A DNA stretch of 64,000 nucleotides from Squalus acanthias (lineage: Eukaryota): positions 29,328,001-29,392,000 of the forward strand of contig CM059432.1 of NCBI GenBank assembly GCA_030390025.1. The letters are read 5' to 3'. Every line of letters starts with the position of its first letter. The first letter of the stretch is position 1. The notes beneath the pieces were generated by a model that saw only the letters and a list, made by a program, of their open reading frames with translations, made no database searches and was not told the origin of the DNA. Positions 40,001 to 54,886 of the stretch are shown piece after piece. The position numbers and the translations under genes are program-made.

Positions 40001-43000
40001 TCTCAATGTTCAAAATATCATCTCTTAATGTTCACAATACCATTTCTCAATGTTAAAAATATCATCAATGTTCAAAATATCATCTCTCAATGTTCAAAAT
40101 AGCATCTCTTAATGATCACAATATCATTTCTCAATGTTAAAAATATCATCAATGTTCAAAATATCATCTCTCAATGTTTAAAATATCATCAATGTTCAAA
40201 ATATCATATCTCAATATTCAAAATATCATCTCTCATTGTTCAAAATATCCTCAATGTTGTAAATATCATCAATGTTCATAGTATCCTCAAATTTCAAAAT
40301 ATCATCTCTCAATGTTCAAAATATCATCAATGTTAAAAATATCATCACTCTTCAAAATATCATCTCTCAATGTTCAAAATATCATCTCTCAATGTTGCGA
40401 ACATCATCTCTCAATGTTCAAAATATCATCTCTCAATGTACAAAATATCATCTCTCAATGTTCAAAATATCATCTCTTAATGTTGACAATATCATTTCTC
40501 AATGTTAAAAATATCATCAATGTTCAAAATATCATCTCTCAATGTTCAAAATAGCATCTCTTAATGTTCACAATATCATTTCTCAATGTTAAAAATATCA
40601 TCTTTAAATGGTCAAAATATCATCTCTTAATGTTGAGATCATCATCTCTCTATGTTCAAAATATCATCTCTCAATGTACAAAATATCATCTCTCAATGTT
40701 AAAAATATCATCAATGTTCAAAATATCATCTCTCAATGTTCAAAATAGCATCTCTTACTGTTCACAATATCATTTCTCAATGTTAAAAATATCATCAATG
40801 CTCAAAATATCATCTCTCAATGTTTAAAATATCATCAATGTTCAAAATATCTTCTCTCAATATTCAAAATATCATCTCTCATTGTTCAAAATATCATCTC
40901 TCAATGGTGAAAACATCATCTCTCAATGTTCAAAACATCATCTCTCAAAGTTGAAAATATCATCTCTCAATGTACAAAATATCATCTCTCAATGTTAAAA
41001 ATATCATCAATATTCCAAATATCATCTCTCAATGGTCAAAATATTATCAATGTTCAAAATATCATCAATGTTCAAAATATCATCTTTCAATGTTCACAAT
41101 ATCATCTCACAATGTTCAAAATATCATCAATGTTCAAAATATCATCACTCTGTTCACAATATCATCTCTCAATGTTCAAAATGTCATCTCTCAATGTTCA
41201 AAATATCATCTTTAAATGCTCAAAATATCATCTCTTAATGTTCACAATATCATTTCTCAATGTTGAAAATATCATCTCTCAATGTTCAAAAGATCATCTC
41301 TCAAAGATTAAAATAGCACCTCTCAATGTTCAAAATATCATCCAAGTTCAAAATATAATCTCGCAATGCTTAAAATATCATCAATGTTCAAAATATCATC
41401 ACTCAATGTTCAAAATATCATCTCTCAATGTTCAAAATATCATCAATGTTAAAAATATCATCACTCTGTTCAAAATATCATCTCTCAATGTTCAAAATAT
41501 CATCTCTCAATGTTGAGATCATCATCTCTCAATGTTCAAAATATCATCTCTCAATGTTAAAAATATCATCAATGTTCAAAATATCATCACTCAATGTTCA
41601 AAATAGCATCTCTTAATGTTCACAATATCATTTCTCAATGTTAAAAATATCATCTTTAAATGGTCAAAATATCATCTCTTAATGTTGAGATCATCATCTC
41701 TCAATGTTCAAAATATCATCTCTCAATGTACAAAATATCATCTCTCAATGTTAAAAATATCATCAATGTTCAAAATATCATCTCTCAATGTTCAAAATAG
41801 CATCTCTTACTGTTCACAATATCATTTCTCAATGTTAAAAATATCATCAATGCTCAAAATATCATCTCTCAATGTTTAAAATATCATCAATGTTCAAAAT
41901 ATCTTCTCTCAATATTCAAAATATCATCTCTCATTGTTCAAAATATCATCTCTCAATGGTGAAAACATCATCTCTCAATGTTCAAAACATCATCTCTCAA
42001 AGTTGAAAATATCATCTCTCAATGTACAAAATATCATCTCTCAATGTTAAAAATATCATCAATATTCCAAATATCATCTCTCAATGGTCAAAATATTATC
42101 AATGTTCAAAATATCATCAATGTTCAAAATATCATCTTTCAATGTTCACAATATCATCTCACAATGTTCAAAATATCATCAATGTTCAAAATATCATCAC
42201 TCTGTTCACAATATCATCTCTCAATGTTCAAAATGTCATCTCTCAATGTTCAAAATATCATCTTTAAATGCTCAAAATATCATCTCTTAATGTTCACAAT
42301 ATCATTTCTCAATGTTGAAAATATCATCTCTCAATGTTCAAAAGATCATCTCTCAAAGATTAAAATAGCACCTCTCAATGTTCAAAATATTATCAATGTT
42401 CAAATTATCATCTCGCAATGTTCAAAATATCATCAATGTTCAAAATATCATCAATGTTCAAAATATCATCGCGCAATGTTCAAAATATTATCTCTCAATG
42501 TTCAAAATATCATCTCGCAATGTTCAAAATATCATCTCTCAATGTTCAAAATATGATCACTCAATGTTCAAAATATCATCCAAGTTCAAAATATAATCTC
42601 GCAATGCTTAAAATATCATCAATGTTCAAAATATCATCACTCAATGTTCAAAATATCATCTCTCAATGTTTAAAATATCATCTCTCAAAGTTCAAAATAT
42701 CATCTCTCAATGTTCAAAATATCATCTCTCAATGTTAAAAATATCATCAATGTTCCAAATATCATCTCTCAATGTTCAAAATATCATCTCTTAATGTTCA
42801 CAATATCATTTCTCAATATTGATAATATCATATCTCAATGTTCAAAATATGAGCAATGTTCATAATATCATCTCTCAATGTTCAAAATATCATCTCTCAA
42901 TGTTAAAAATATCATCAATGTTCCAAATATCATCTCTCAATGTTCAAAATATCATCTCTTAATGTTCACAATATCATTTCTCAATATTGATAATATCATA

Positions 43001-46000
43001 TCTCACTGTTCAAAATATGAGCAATGTTCATAATATCATCTCTCAATGTTCAAAATATCATCTCTCAATGTTCAAAATATCATCACTCAATGTTTAAAAT
43101 ATCATCTCTCAATTTTCAAAATATCGTCTCTCAATGTTCAAAATATTATTACTCAATGTTCAAAATATCATCTTTAAATGGTCAAAATATCATCTCTTAA
43201 TGTACACAATATAATTTCTCAATGTTGAAAATATCATCGCTCAATGTTCAAAATATCATCTCTCCATGTTCAAAATACCATCAATCAATGTTCAAAAAAT
43301 CATCTCTCAATGTTCAAAATATCATCACTCAATGTTCAAAATATCATCACTCAATTGTTCAAAATAGCATCTCTCAATGTTCATAATATCGTCACTCAAT
43401 GTTCAAAATATCATCTCTCAATGTTCAAAATATCATCACTCTGTTCAAAATATCATCTCTCAATGTTCAAAATATCATCTCTCAATGTTGAAAACATCAT
43501 CTCTCAATGTTCAAAATATCATCAATGTTCCAAATATCATCTCTCAATGTTCAAAATATCATCTCTTAATGTTCACAATACCATTTCTCAATGTTAAAAA
43601 TATCATCAATGTTCAAAATATCATCTCTCAATGTTCAAAATAGCATCTCTTAATGTTCACAATATCATTTCTCAATGTTAAAAATATCATCAATGTTCAA
43701 AATATCATATCTCAATATTCAAAATATCATCTCTCATTGTTCAAAATATCCTCAATGTTGTAAATATCATCAATGTTCATAGTATCCTCAAATTTCAAAA
43801 TATCATCTCTCAATGTTCAAAATATCATCAATGTTAAAAATATCATCACTCTTCAAAATATCATCTCTCAATGTTCAAAATATCATCTCTCAATGTTGCG
43901 AACATCATCTCTCAATGTTCAAAATATCATCTCTCAATGTACAAAATATCATCTCTCAATGTTCAAAATATCATCTCTTAATGTTGACAATATCATTTCT
44001 CAATGTTAAAAATATCATCAATGTTCAAAATATCATCTCTCAATGTTCAAAATAGCATCTCTTAATGTTCACAATATCATTTCTCAATGTTAAAAATATC
44101 ATCAATGTTCAAAATATCATCTCTCAATGTTTAAAATATCATCAATGTTCAAAATATCTTCTCTCAATATTCAAAATATCATCTCTCATTGTTCAAAATA
44201 TCATTTCTCAATGGTGAAAACATCATCTCTCAATGTTCAAAACATCATCTCTCAAAGTTGAAAATATCATCTCTCAATGTTCAAAATATCATCTCTCAAT
44301 GTTCAAAATATGATCACTCAATGTTCAAAATATCATCAATGTTGTAAATATCATCAATGTTCATAGTATCCTCAAATTTCAAAATATCATCTCTCAATGT
44401 TCAAAATATCATCAATGTTAAAAATATCATCACTCTGTTCAAAATATCATCTCTCAATGTTCAAAATATCATCTGTCAATGTTGAGAACATCATCTCTCA
44501 ATGTTCAAATTATCATCTCTCAATGTACAAAATATCATCTCTCAATGTTAAAACTATCATCAATGTTCCAAATATCATCTCTCAATGTTCAAAATATCAT
44601 CTCTTAATGTTGACAATATCATTTCTCAATGTTAAAAATATCATCAATGTTCAAAATATCATCTCTCAATGTTCAAAATAGCATCTCTTAATGTTCACAA
44701 TATCATTTCTCAATGTTAAAAATATCATCAATGTTCCAAATATCATCTCTCAATGTTTAAAATATCATCAATGTTCAAAATATCTTCTCTCAATATTCAA
44801 AATATCATCTCTCATTGTTCAAAATATCATCTCTCAATGGTGAAAACATCATCTCTCAATGTTCAAAACATCATCTCTCAAAGTTGAAAATATCATCTCT
44901 CAATGTACAAAATATCATCTCTCAATGTTAAAAATATCATCAATATTCCAAATATCATCTCTCAATGGTCAAAATATTATCAATGTTCAAAATATCATCA
45001 ATGTTCAAAATATCATCTTTCAATGTTCACAATATCATCTCACAATGTTCAAAATATCATCAATGTTCAAATTATCATCACTCTGTTCACAATATCATCT
45101 CTCAATGTTCAAAATGTCATCTCTCAATGTTCACTATATCATCTCTCATTATTCAAAATATCAACTCTCAATGCTCAAAATGTGAGCTCTCAAAGTTGAA
45201 AATATCATCTTTAAATGCTCAAAATATCATCTCTTAATGTTCACAATATCATTTCTCAATGTTGAAAATATCATCTCTCAATGTTCACAATATCATCTCA
45301 CAATGTTCAAAATATCATCAATGTTCAAAATATCATCACTCTGTTCACAATATCATCTCTCAATGTTCAAAATGTCATCTCTCAATGTTCAAATATCATC
45401 TTTAAATGCTCAAAATATCATCTCTTAATGTTCACAATATTCATTTCTCAATGTGAAAATATCATCTCTCAATGTTCAAAAGATCATCTCTCAAAGATTA
45501 AAATAGCACCTCTCAATGTTCAAAATATCATCCAAGTTCAAAATATAATCTCGCAATGCTTAAAATATCATCAATGTTCAAAATATCATCACTCAATGTT
45601 CAAAATATCATCTCTCAATGTTCAAAATATCATCAATGTTAAAAATATCATCACTCTGTTCAAAATATCATCTCTCAATGTTCAAAATATCATCTCTCAA
45701 TGTTGAGATCATCATCTCTCAATGTTCAAAATATCATCTCTCCAATGTTAAAAATATCATCAATGTTCAAAATATCATCTCTCAATGTTCAAAATAGCAT
45801 CTCTTAATGTTCACAATATCATTTCTCAATGTTAAAAATATCATCTTTAAATGGTCAAAATATCATCTCTTAATGTTGAGATCATCATCTCTCAATGTTC
45901 AAAATATCATCTCTCAATGTACAAAATATCATCTCTCAATGTTAAAAATATCATCAATGTTCAAAATATCATCTCTCAATGTTCAAAATAGCATCTCTTA

Positions 46001-49000
46001 CTGTTCACAATATCATTTCTCAATGTTAAAAATATCATCAATGCTCAAAATATCATCTCTCAATGTTTAAAATATCATCAATGTTCAAAATATCTTCTCT
46101 CAATATTCAAAATATCATCTCTCATTGTTCAAAATATCATCTCTCAATGGTGAAAACATCATCTCTCAATGTTCAAAACATCATCTCTCAAAGTTGAAAA
46201 TATCATCTCTCAATGTACAAAATATCATCTCTCAATGTTAAAAATATCATCAATATTCCAAATATCATCTCTCAATGGTCAAAATATTATCAATGTTCAA
46301 AATATCATCAATGTTCAAAATATCATCTTTCAATGTTCACAATATCATCTCACAATGTTCAAAATATCATCAATGTTCAAAATATCATCACTCTGTTCAC
46401 AATATCATCTCTCAATGTTCAAAATGTCATCTCTCAATGTTCAAAATATCATCTTTAAATGCTCAAAATATCATCTCTTAATGTTCACAATATCATTTCT
46501 CAATGTTGAAAATATCATCTCTCAATGTTCAAAAGATCATCTCTCAAAGATTAAAATAGCACCTCTCAATGTTCAAAATATTATCAATGTTCAAATTATC
46601 ATCTCGCAATGTTCAAAATATCATCAATGTTCAAAATATCATCAATGTTCAAAATATCATCGCGCAATGTTCAAAATATTATCTCTCAATGTTCAAAATA
46701 TCATCTCGCAATGTTCAAAATATCATCTCTCAATGTTCAAAATATGATCACTCAATGTTCAAAATATCATCCATGTTCAAATTATAATCTCGCAATGCTT
46801 AAAATATCATCAATGTTCAAAATATCATCACTCAATGTTCAAAATATCATCTCTCAACATTCAAAATATCATCTCTCAATGTTCAAAATATGATCACTCA
46901 ATGTTCAAAATATCATCAATGTTCAAAATAACATCTCTCAATGGTCAAAATATTATCACTCAATGATCAAAATATCATCTCTCAATGTTCAAAACATCAT
47001 CTCTCAAAGTTCAAAATTTCATCTCTCAATGTTCAAAATATCATCTCTCAATGTTAAAAATATCATCAATGTTCCAAATATCATCTCTCAATGTTCAACA
47101 TATCATCTCTTAATGTTCACAATATCATTTCTCAATATTGATAATATCATATCTCAATGTTCAAAATATCAGCAATGTTCATAATATCATCTTTCAAAGT
47201 TCAAAATATCATCTCTCAATGTTCAAAATATCATCACTCAATGTTTAAAATATCATCTCTCAATTTTCAAAATATCATCTCTCAATGTTCAAAATATTAT
47301 TACTCAATGTTCAAAATATCATCTTTAAATGGTCAAAATATCATCTCTTAATGTACACAATATCATTTCTCAATGTTGAAAATATCATCTCTCAATGTTC
47401 AAAATATCATCTCTCCATATTCAAAATATCATCACTCAATGTTCAAAATATCATCTTTAAATGGTCAAAATATCATCTCTTAATGTACACAATATCATTT
47501 CTCAATGTTGAAAATATCATCTCTCAATGTTCAAAATATCATCTCTCCATGTTCAAAATATCATCACTCAATGTTCAAAAAATCATCTCTCAATGTTCAA
47601 AATATCATCACTCAATGTTCAAAATATCATCACTCAATTGTTCAAAATATCATCTCTCAATGTTCATAATATCGTCACTCAATGTTTAAAATATCATCTC
47701 TCAATGTTCAAAATATCATCTCTCAATGTTCAAAATATCATCTCTCAATGTTCAAAATATCATCACTCTGTTCAAAATATCATCTCTCAATGTTCAAAAT
47801 ATCATCTCTCAATGTTGAAAACATCATCTCTCAATGTTCAAAATATCATCAATGTTCCAAATATCATCTCTCAATGTTCAAAATATCATCTCTTAATGTT
47901 CACAATACCATTTCTCAATGTTAAAAATATCATCAATGTTCAAAATATCATCTCTCAATGTTCAAAATAGCATCTCTTAATGTTCACAATATCATTTCTC
48001 AATGTTCAAAATATCATCAATGTTCAAAATATCATCTCTCAATGTTTAAAATATCATCAATGTTCAAAATATCATATCTCAATATTCAAAATATCATCTC
48101 TCATTGTTCAAAATATCCTCAATGTTAAAAATATCATCAATGTTCAAAATATCATCTCTCAATGTTAAAAATATCATCAATATTCCAAATATCATCTCTC
48201 AATGGTCAAAATATTATCAATGTTCAAAATATCATCAATGTTCAAAATATCATCTTTCAATGTTCACAATATCATCTCACAATGTTCAAAATATCATCAA
48301 TGTTCAAATTATCATCACTCTGTTCACAATATCATCTCTCAATGTTCAAAATGTCATCTCTCAATGTTCACTATATCATCTCTCATTATTCAAAATATCA
48401 ACTCTCAATGCTCAAAATGTGAGCTCTCAAAGTTGAAAATATCATCTTTAAATGCTCAAAATATCATCTCTTAATGTTCACAATATCATTTCTCAATGTT
48501 GAAAATATCATCTCTCAATGTTCAAAATATCATCTCTCAAAGATTAAAATAGCACCTCTCAATGTTCAAAATATTATCAATGTTCAAATTATCATCTCGC
48601 AATGTTCAAAATATCATCAATGTTCAAAATATCATCAATGTTCAAAATATCATCGTGCAATGTTCAAAATATTATCTCTCAATGTTCAAAATATCATCTC
48701 GCAATGTTCAAAATATCATCTGTCAATGTTCAAAATACGATCACTCAATGTTCAAAATACCATCAATGTTCAAAATAACATCTCTCGATGGTCAAAATAT
48801 TATCTCTCAATGTTCAAAATATCATCACTCAGTGTTCAAAATATCATCTCTCAATGTTCAAAATATCATCTCTCCATGTTCAAAATATGATCACTCAATG
48901 TTCAAAATATCATCAATGTTCAAAATAACATCTCTCAATGTTCAAAATATCCTTAATGTTCAAAACAACCTCAATGTTCAAAATATCATCTCTCAATGTT

Positions 49001-51497
49001 CAAAATATCATCAATGTTCAAAATATCATCACTCACTCTTCAAAATATCATCTCTTAATATTCAAAATATCATCTCTTAATGTTCAAAATATCATCACTC
49101 AATGTTCAAAATATCACCTCTTAATATTCAAAATATCATCTCTCAATTTTCAAAATGTCATCAATATTCAAAATATCATCTCTCAATGTTCAAATTATCA
49201 TCAATGTTCAAAATATCATCTCTAATGTTTAAAATATCATCTCTCAATGTTCAAAATATCATCAATGTTCAAAATATCATCTCTAATGTTCAAAATATCA
49301 TCAATTCAAAATATCATCAATATTCAAAATATCATCTCTCAATTTTCATAATATCATCAATGTTCAAAATATCATCTCTCAATTTTCATAATATCATCAA
49401 TGTTCAAAATATCATCTCTCAATGTTCAAAACATCATCAGTTTTCAAAATATCATCTCTCAATGTTCAAATTATCATCTCTCAATGTTCAAAACACCATC
49501 ATGTTCAAAATATCATCATGTTCAAAATATCATCTCTCAATTTTCATAATATCTCTCAATGTTCAAAATATCATCACTCAATGTTCAAAATATCATCTCT
49601 CAATGTTCAAAATATCATCACTCAATGTTCAAAATATCATCTCTCAATGTTCAAAATATCTCAATGTTCAAAATATCATCTCTCAATGTTCAAAATATCA
49701 TCAATGTTCAAAATATCGCTCAATGATCAAAATATCAGCTCTCAATGTTCAAAATATCATCAATGTTCAAAATATCATCTCTCAGTGTTCAAAATATCAT
49801 ATCTTAATATTCAAAATATCATCTCTCAATTTTCAAAATGTCATCTCTTAATGTTCAAAATATCATCACTCAATGTTCAAAATATCATCTCTTAATATTC
49901 AAAATATCATCTCTTAATGTTCAAAATATCATCACTCAATGTTCAAAATATCATCTCTTAATATTCAAAATATCATCTCTCAATGTTCAAAATATCATCA
50001 CTCAATGTTCAAAATATCATATCTTAATATTCAAAATATCATCTCTCAATTTTCAAAATGTCATCAATATTCAAAATGTCATCTCTTAATGTTCAAAATA
50101 TCATCACTCAATGTTCAAAATATCATCTCTTAATATTCAAAATATCATCTCTTAATGTTCAAAATATCATCACTCAAAGTTCAAAATATCATCTCTTAAT
50201 ATTCAAAATATCATCTCTCAATTTTCAAAATGTCATCAATATTCAAAATATCATCTCTCAATGTTCAAATTATCATCATTGTTCAAAATATCATCTCTAA
50301 TGTTCAAAATATCATCTCTCAATGTTCAAAATATCAACAATGTTCAAAATATCATCTCTAATGTTCAAAATATCATCAATGATCAAAATATCATCAATGT
50401 TCAAAATATCATCAGTTCAAAATATCATCAATATTCAAAATATCATCTCTCAATTTTCATAATATCATCAATGTTCAAAATATCATCTCTCAATTTTCAT
50501 AATATCTCTCAATGTTCAAAATATCATCACTCAATGTTCAAAATATCATGAGTGTTCAAAATATCATCTCTCAATTTTCAAAATATCATCAGTGTTCAAA
50601 ATATTATCTCTCAATGTTCAAAATATCATCTCTCAGTGTTCAAAATATCATCTCTCAATGTTCAAAATATCATCTCTCAATGTACAAAATATCATCTCTC
50701 AATGTTCAAAATATCATGAGTGTTCAAAATATCATCTCTCAATGTTTAAAATATCATCACTCAATGTTCAAAATATCATCTCTCAATGTTAAAAAAATAT
50801 CATCAATGTTCAAAATATCATCTCTCAATGTTCAAAATATCATCACTCAATGTTCAAAATATCATCTCTGAATGTTCAAAATATCATCTCTCAATGTTCA
50901 AAATATCATGAGTGTTCAAAATATCATCTCTCAATTTTCAAAATATCATCAGTGTTCAAAATATTATCTCTCAATGTTCAAAATATCATCTCTCAATGTT
51001 CAAAATATCATCAGTGTTCAAAATATCATCTCTCAATGTTCAAAATATCATCTCTCAATGTACAAAATATCAGCTCTCAATGTTCAAAATATCATCAGTG
51101 TTCAAAATATCATCTCTCAATGTTCCTAATATCATCTCCCAATGTACAAAATATCATCTCTCAATTTTCAAAATATCATCAGTGTTCAAAATATTATCTC
51201 TCAATGTTCAAAATATCATCTCTCAATGTTCAAAATATCATCAATGTTCAAAATATCATCTCTCAATGTTAAAACTATCATCACTCCATTTTCAAAATCT
51301 CATCAATATTCATAATATCATCACTCAATGTTCAAAACATCATCTCTCAATTATCAAACTATCATCAATGATCAAAATTTCATCTCTCAATGTTAAAAAT
51401 ATCATCACTCCATTTTCAAAATATCATCAATGTTCAAAATATCATCTCTCATTGTTCAAATTATCATCTCTCAATTTTCAAAATATCATCTCTCAAT
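28025..51497. repeat. Satellite DNA array, right part: same 22/18-bp monomer, different set of higher-order blocks
   Basis: Same monomer resumes right after the 3' LTR. Blocks recur at offsets such as 681, 1052, 2038, 2082, 3062, 3073, 3541 and 4191. Array ends at ~51497. Confidence 0.97.
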
Positions 51498-52120
51498 ATT
51501 TGTTTTTTCCCTCTGTTTAAAATACCCGCCAGTAAGTCTGTTTGAATAACCCATCATTTCAGCTGCTTGAAATGCAGTCACTCAGTTCATTTTCTCACAT
51601 CACCGTGACAGTTCAAAAAACATCATACAGTCTATTTAAAATATTCACCACTCAATCTGTTTAAAATGCACGTTACTCAGTCTGTTTGAAGTAGTCATCG
51701 CTTTGTTGGATTAAATATCTCTCAGTCAGTCTATTTAATAAGCTCATCTCTCCATCTGTTGTTTGTACAGTCAGTTTGAAAATTCAATGTCAGTTCAGTT
51801 AAACTACTCGTCACTTATTTTGATTAAAATACTTATCACTGATTGAATATTCATCAATCAGTTTGATTAAAATACCTTTCACTCACTGGGGTAGATCTTG
51901 ATTTTGAACAATATTGTAAAACCTGTGTCAGCAGCCCGTTTTACATCTCCCACGATTTTCATTTTCAGTGAAGCCAATGGAAATAAAAGCCTTTATTCTG
52001 TTTATAATTGTCTTCACTCTGTTTAAACAATGGGGCTCAGTCAGTTGACATTGTTTTAGCTCGCTATTCATTTGGTTTTAAGGGTACGTTAGTCAGTCTG
52101 TTCATATTGATCAGATATTT
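51498..52120. repeat. Degenerate ~25-bp satellite-like transition zone
   Basis: Recurrent CACTCAGTCTGTTTAAAATA-like motifs, related to the CTCAATCTGTT variants found in the array. Confidence 0.5.
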
Positions 52121-52129
52121 GTTTTAAGT

Positions 52130-53340
52130 ATTGGAGAGGTTTAAGCTAATTAAGGAGAGCCAACATGGCTTTGTAAAAGGCTGATCATGTTTAACTAATC
52201 TAATTGAATTTTTTGGTGAAGTAACAGGGAGGATTGATGAAGGGAATGCAATGGATGTTGTCTACATGGATTTTGGAAGGCGTTTGACAAAGTATCACAT
52301 GGAAGGCTGGTTAACAAAATTGAGGCTCATAGAATCGGTGGGTCAGTGGCAGCTTGGATAAGGAATTGGCTTAAGGACAGAAACAGCGAGTTGTGGTAAA
52401 TGGCTGTTTTTCAGACTGGAGGATGGTAGACAGTGGTGTTCCCCAGGGGCCAGTGCTGGGGCCATTGCATTTTTTGATCGACTGCAACAGGACATAGAAA
52501 GGCTAGCAGAATGGGCAAACAAGTGGCAGATGGAATTTAACACAGAGAAGTGTGAGGTGATGTATTTTAGCAGAAGGAACAGGGAGAGTCAATATACACT
52601 TAATGGCACAGCTTTAAAGAGTATGCAGGGACAGAGGGACCTGGGAGTTAATGTGCATAGGTCCCTGAAAATAGCAGGACATATTGAAAGGGTGGTTAGC
52701 AAAGCATATGGGATCTTGGGCTTCATAAATAGAGGTATTGAGTACAAAAGTAAAGAAGTTATGCTGAACCTTTATAAAGCGCTGGTTAGGCCACAACTGG
52801 AGTATTGGGTCCAGTTCTGGTCACCACACTTTAGGAAGGATGTGAAGGCACTTGAGAGGGTGCAGAGGAGATTTACCAGAATGGTTCTGGGGATGGGGGA
52901 TCTTAGCTACAAGGACAGGTTGGAGAAGCTGGATTTGTTTTCATTGGAGCAAAGGAGGTTGAGGGGTGTTTGATGGAGGCATACAAGATTATGACGGGTT
53001 TGGATAGGCTAGATGGGGAAAGGCTGTTCCCACTAGTTGATGGTACAAGGACTAGGGGACACAGATTTAAGGTTTTGGGCAAGAGATACAGGGGGATGTG
53101 AGGAAAACTTTTTTACGCAGCGAGTGGTGAGAACCTGGAACTCGCTGCCGCCGGAAATGGTGGAAACGAGGACACTCAATGTTTTCAAGGGAAGACTGGA
53201 TAGACACTTGAGGGAAATAAACTTGCAGGGCTACCGGGATAGAGAGTGGGAATGGGAATGACTAGATTGCTCTACAGAGAGCCGGCATGAATTCGATGGG
53301 CCGAATGGTCTCCTTCCGTGAAGTTATGACTCTATGACTA
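52130..53340 (+). mobile_element. Decayed CR1 LINE fragment with an internal deletion in the RT core
   Basis: SQHGFVKG, SGVPQG..LGP, KCEVM, ALVRPQLEYWVQFWSP and FFTQRVV motifs. GGGCCGAATGG 3' core and TATGACTC tail. The YIND...FADD segment is missing at ~52476. Confidence 0.88.
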
Positions 53341-53915
53341 TTTGTCACTCAATCTCGCCTTTCGATCGGTCTAATTTACTGACATCTCACTGTGTTCAAC
53401 AGATGCATTGAGTGGGGCCGATTTTCCTCAGCTGGAGTCGTGTCTACAAGTTAACAATGATACGAATCCTCCCTGTGTGGTAATGTATTAACAGCCCCCA
53501 AATTTCCTGGGTCAGGTCATTTTCAACATTAGTTACAGATCCAGGTTCAAACCAGAGCACACAATTGGCTGGAGCAGAAACCCGTGTGGTAGTGATAGTT
53601 TGAAAGGCCTTGGACACGATGCTAAACACTGTTCCAATGAAGCCCAACGTAAGCTCGAGGAACAGCACCTCATCTTTTGATTAGGGACTTTACAGCCTTC
53701 TGGACTCAACATAGAGTTCAACAATTTCAGACCATAACCTCTGCCCCTATCCTTTTTTTTTGCCATTTATTTTATTTATTCTATATTTTTTTTCTCTCTT
53801 CCACATGGTAGCTGTCTCTCCTTCTGCCAGTGCCATTTACACTTCATCTAGAGCCATCTTTTGTTTCTTAACTTGTTGCATTACCATCTCCTTTTGCCTT
53901 GCACCATCTCTTAAT

Positions 53916-54658
53916 GGCCCAGAAATTGATCTCGCTCTGTTCCCGCGGGGGTAAGCCTTCCCCGCGATGTCTCACCTCGCTTATGCTTTTTCTGATCCAG
54001 CTCGCACGAACTTGATGTTCCAGACATCAGCTGTGCTGGGCTTGCGTATCCCAGCGGCATAGTGAATTCGTGCGAGCTGTGGGATCACGTGACTCAGTTA
54101 GAGCCAATGGCAGCACACCATCTTCCATTCATAAGTCTCACAGCATGGCTGTGAGACTTATGAATCTTACACCCCCCCAAAATAACAGCTAAACCTCAAT
54201 TAAATTAAAAAAAAAACCATCACATTAATAAAATAAGTATAGTTAATTAAATTAACCATTTTAAATAAAAAATTAAATTTTTGAAAAAATTTAAAATCTT
54301 TTAAAAAGTTATAAAAATAAACTTACCTGTCTTTAAAGTCTATAAAAAAGATATACCTGTAAAAAAAAATTCAAAAAAATACTTAATTCACTACTTACCT
54401 TCTTAAAAGCGGGTCTTACTCCTCCTTTTTACATTTCCAAAATCTTCCCTACTTACCTGCGCGTCCAAAGCATGAAGTGCACAGCGTGCGCGCAGCCTGT
54501 AGCGCGCACGCGATGCACCCAGGCCCCGCCCCCTTTTCGGAAGAGCAATTGCCGGTTTTCAGCGCATGCGCAGGGCATGCAGAAAACCGGCAATTGGAGT
54601 GGGAATACGCGAGAGTATGCAGTGCGTACTCTCGCGTCCCGGGATCAATTTTCGGCCC
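53916..54658. mobile_element. Non-autonomous Harbinger-type DNA transposon (MITE)
   Basis: Imperfect 19-bp TIRs (GGCCCAGAAATTGATCTCG / CGGGATCAATTTTCGGCCC, 15/19), 3-bp AAT TSD (53913-53915, 54659-54661), AT-rich core and internal hairpins. Confidence 0.8.
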
Positions 54659-54886
54659 AATGTCTCTTAATGTCTCTTAATCTCTCCTGCCTTCCATCTA
54701 GAGCCATCTTTTGTTTCTTAACTTGTCCCATTACCATCTCCTTTTGCCTTGCACCATCTCTTAATGTCTCTTAATCTCTCCTGCCTTCTATCCTATCACA
54801 GACCTTCCCTTTTGTTCTTTCCTCCCCTCCCCCCTTTCCCTGCCCCTGCACTTGCTTAAAAACCTGTTCGATCTCCAGCTTTTTCC

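Noticed and set aside
1..51497. CRISPR-like array
   Set aside because: No unique spacers, no cas genes, and the context is eukaryotic.
905..51520. Hundreds of plus-strand ORFs with MFKISSLNVQNIISQCSKYHLS repeats
   Set aside because: The 22-bp monomer has an ATG and no plus-strand stop in any frame, so three monomers give this 22-aa peptide in all frames. The 18/22-bp mixing ignores reading frame.
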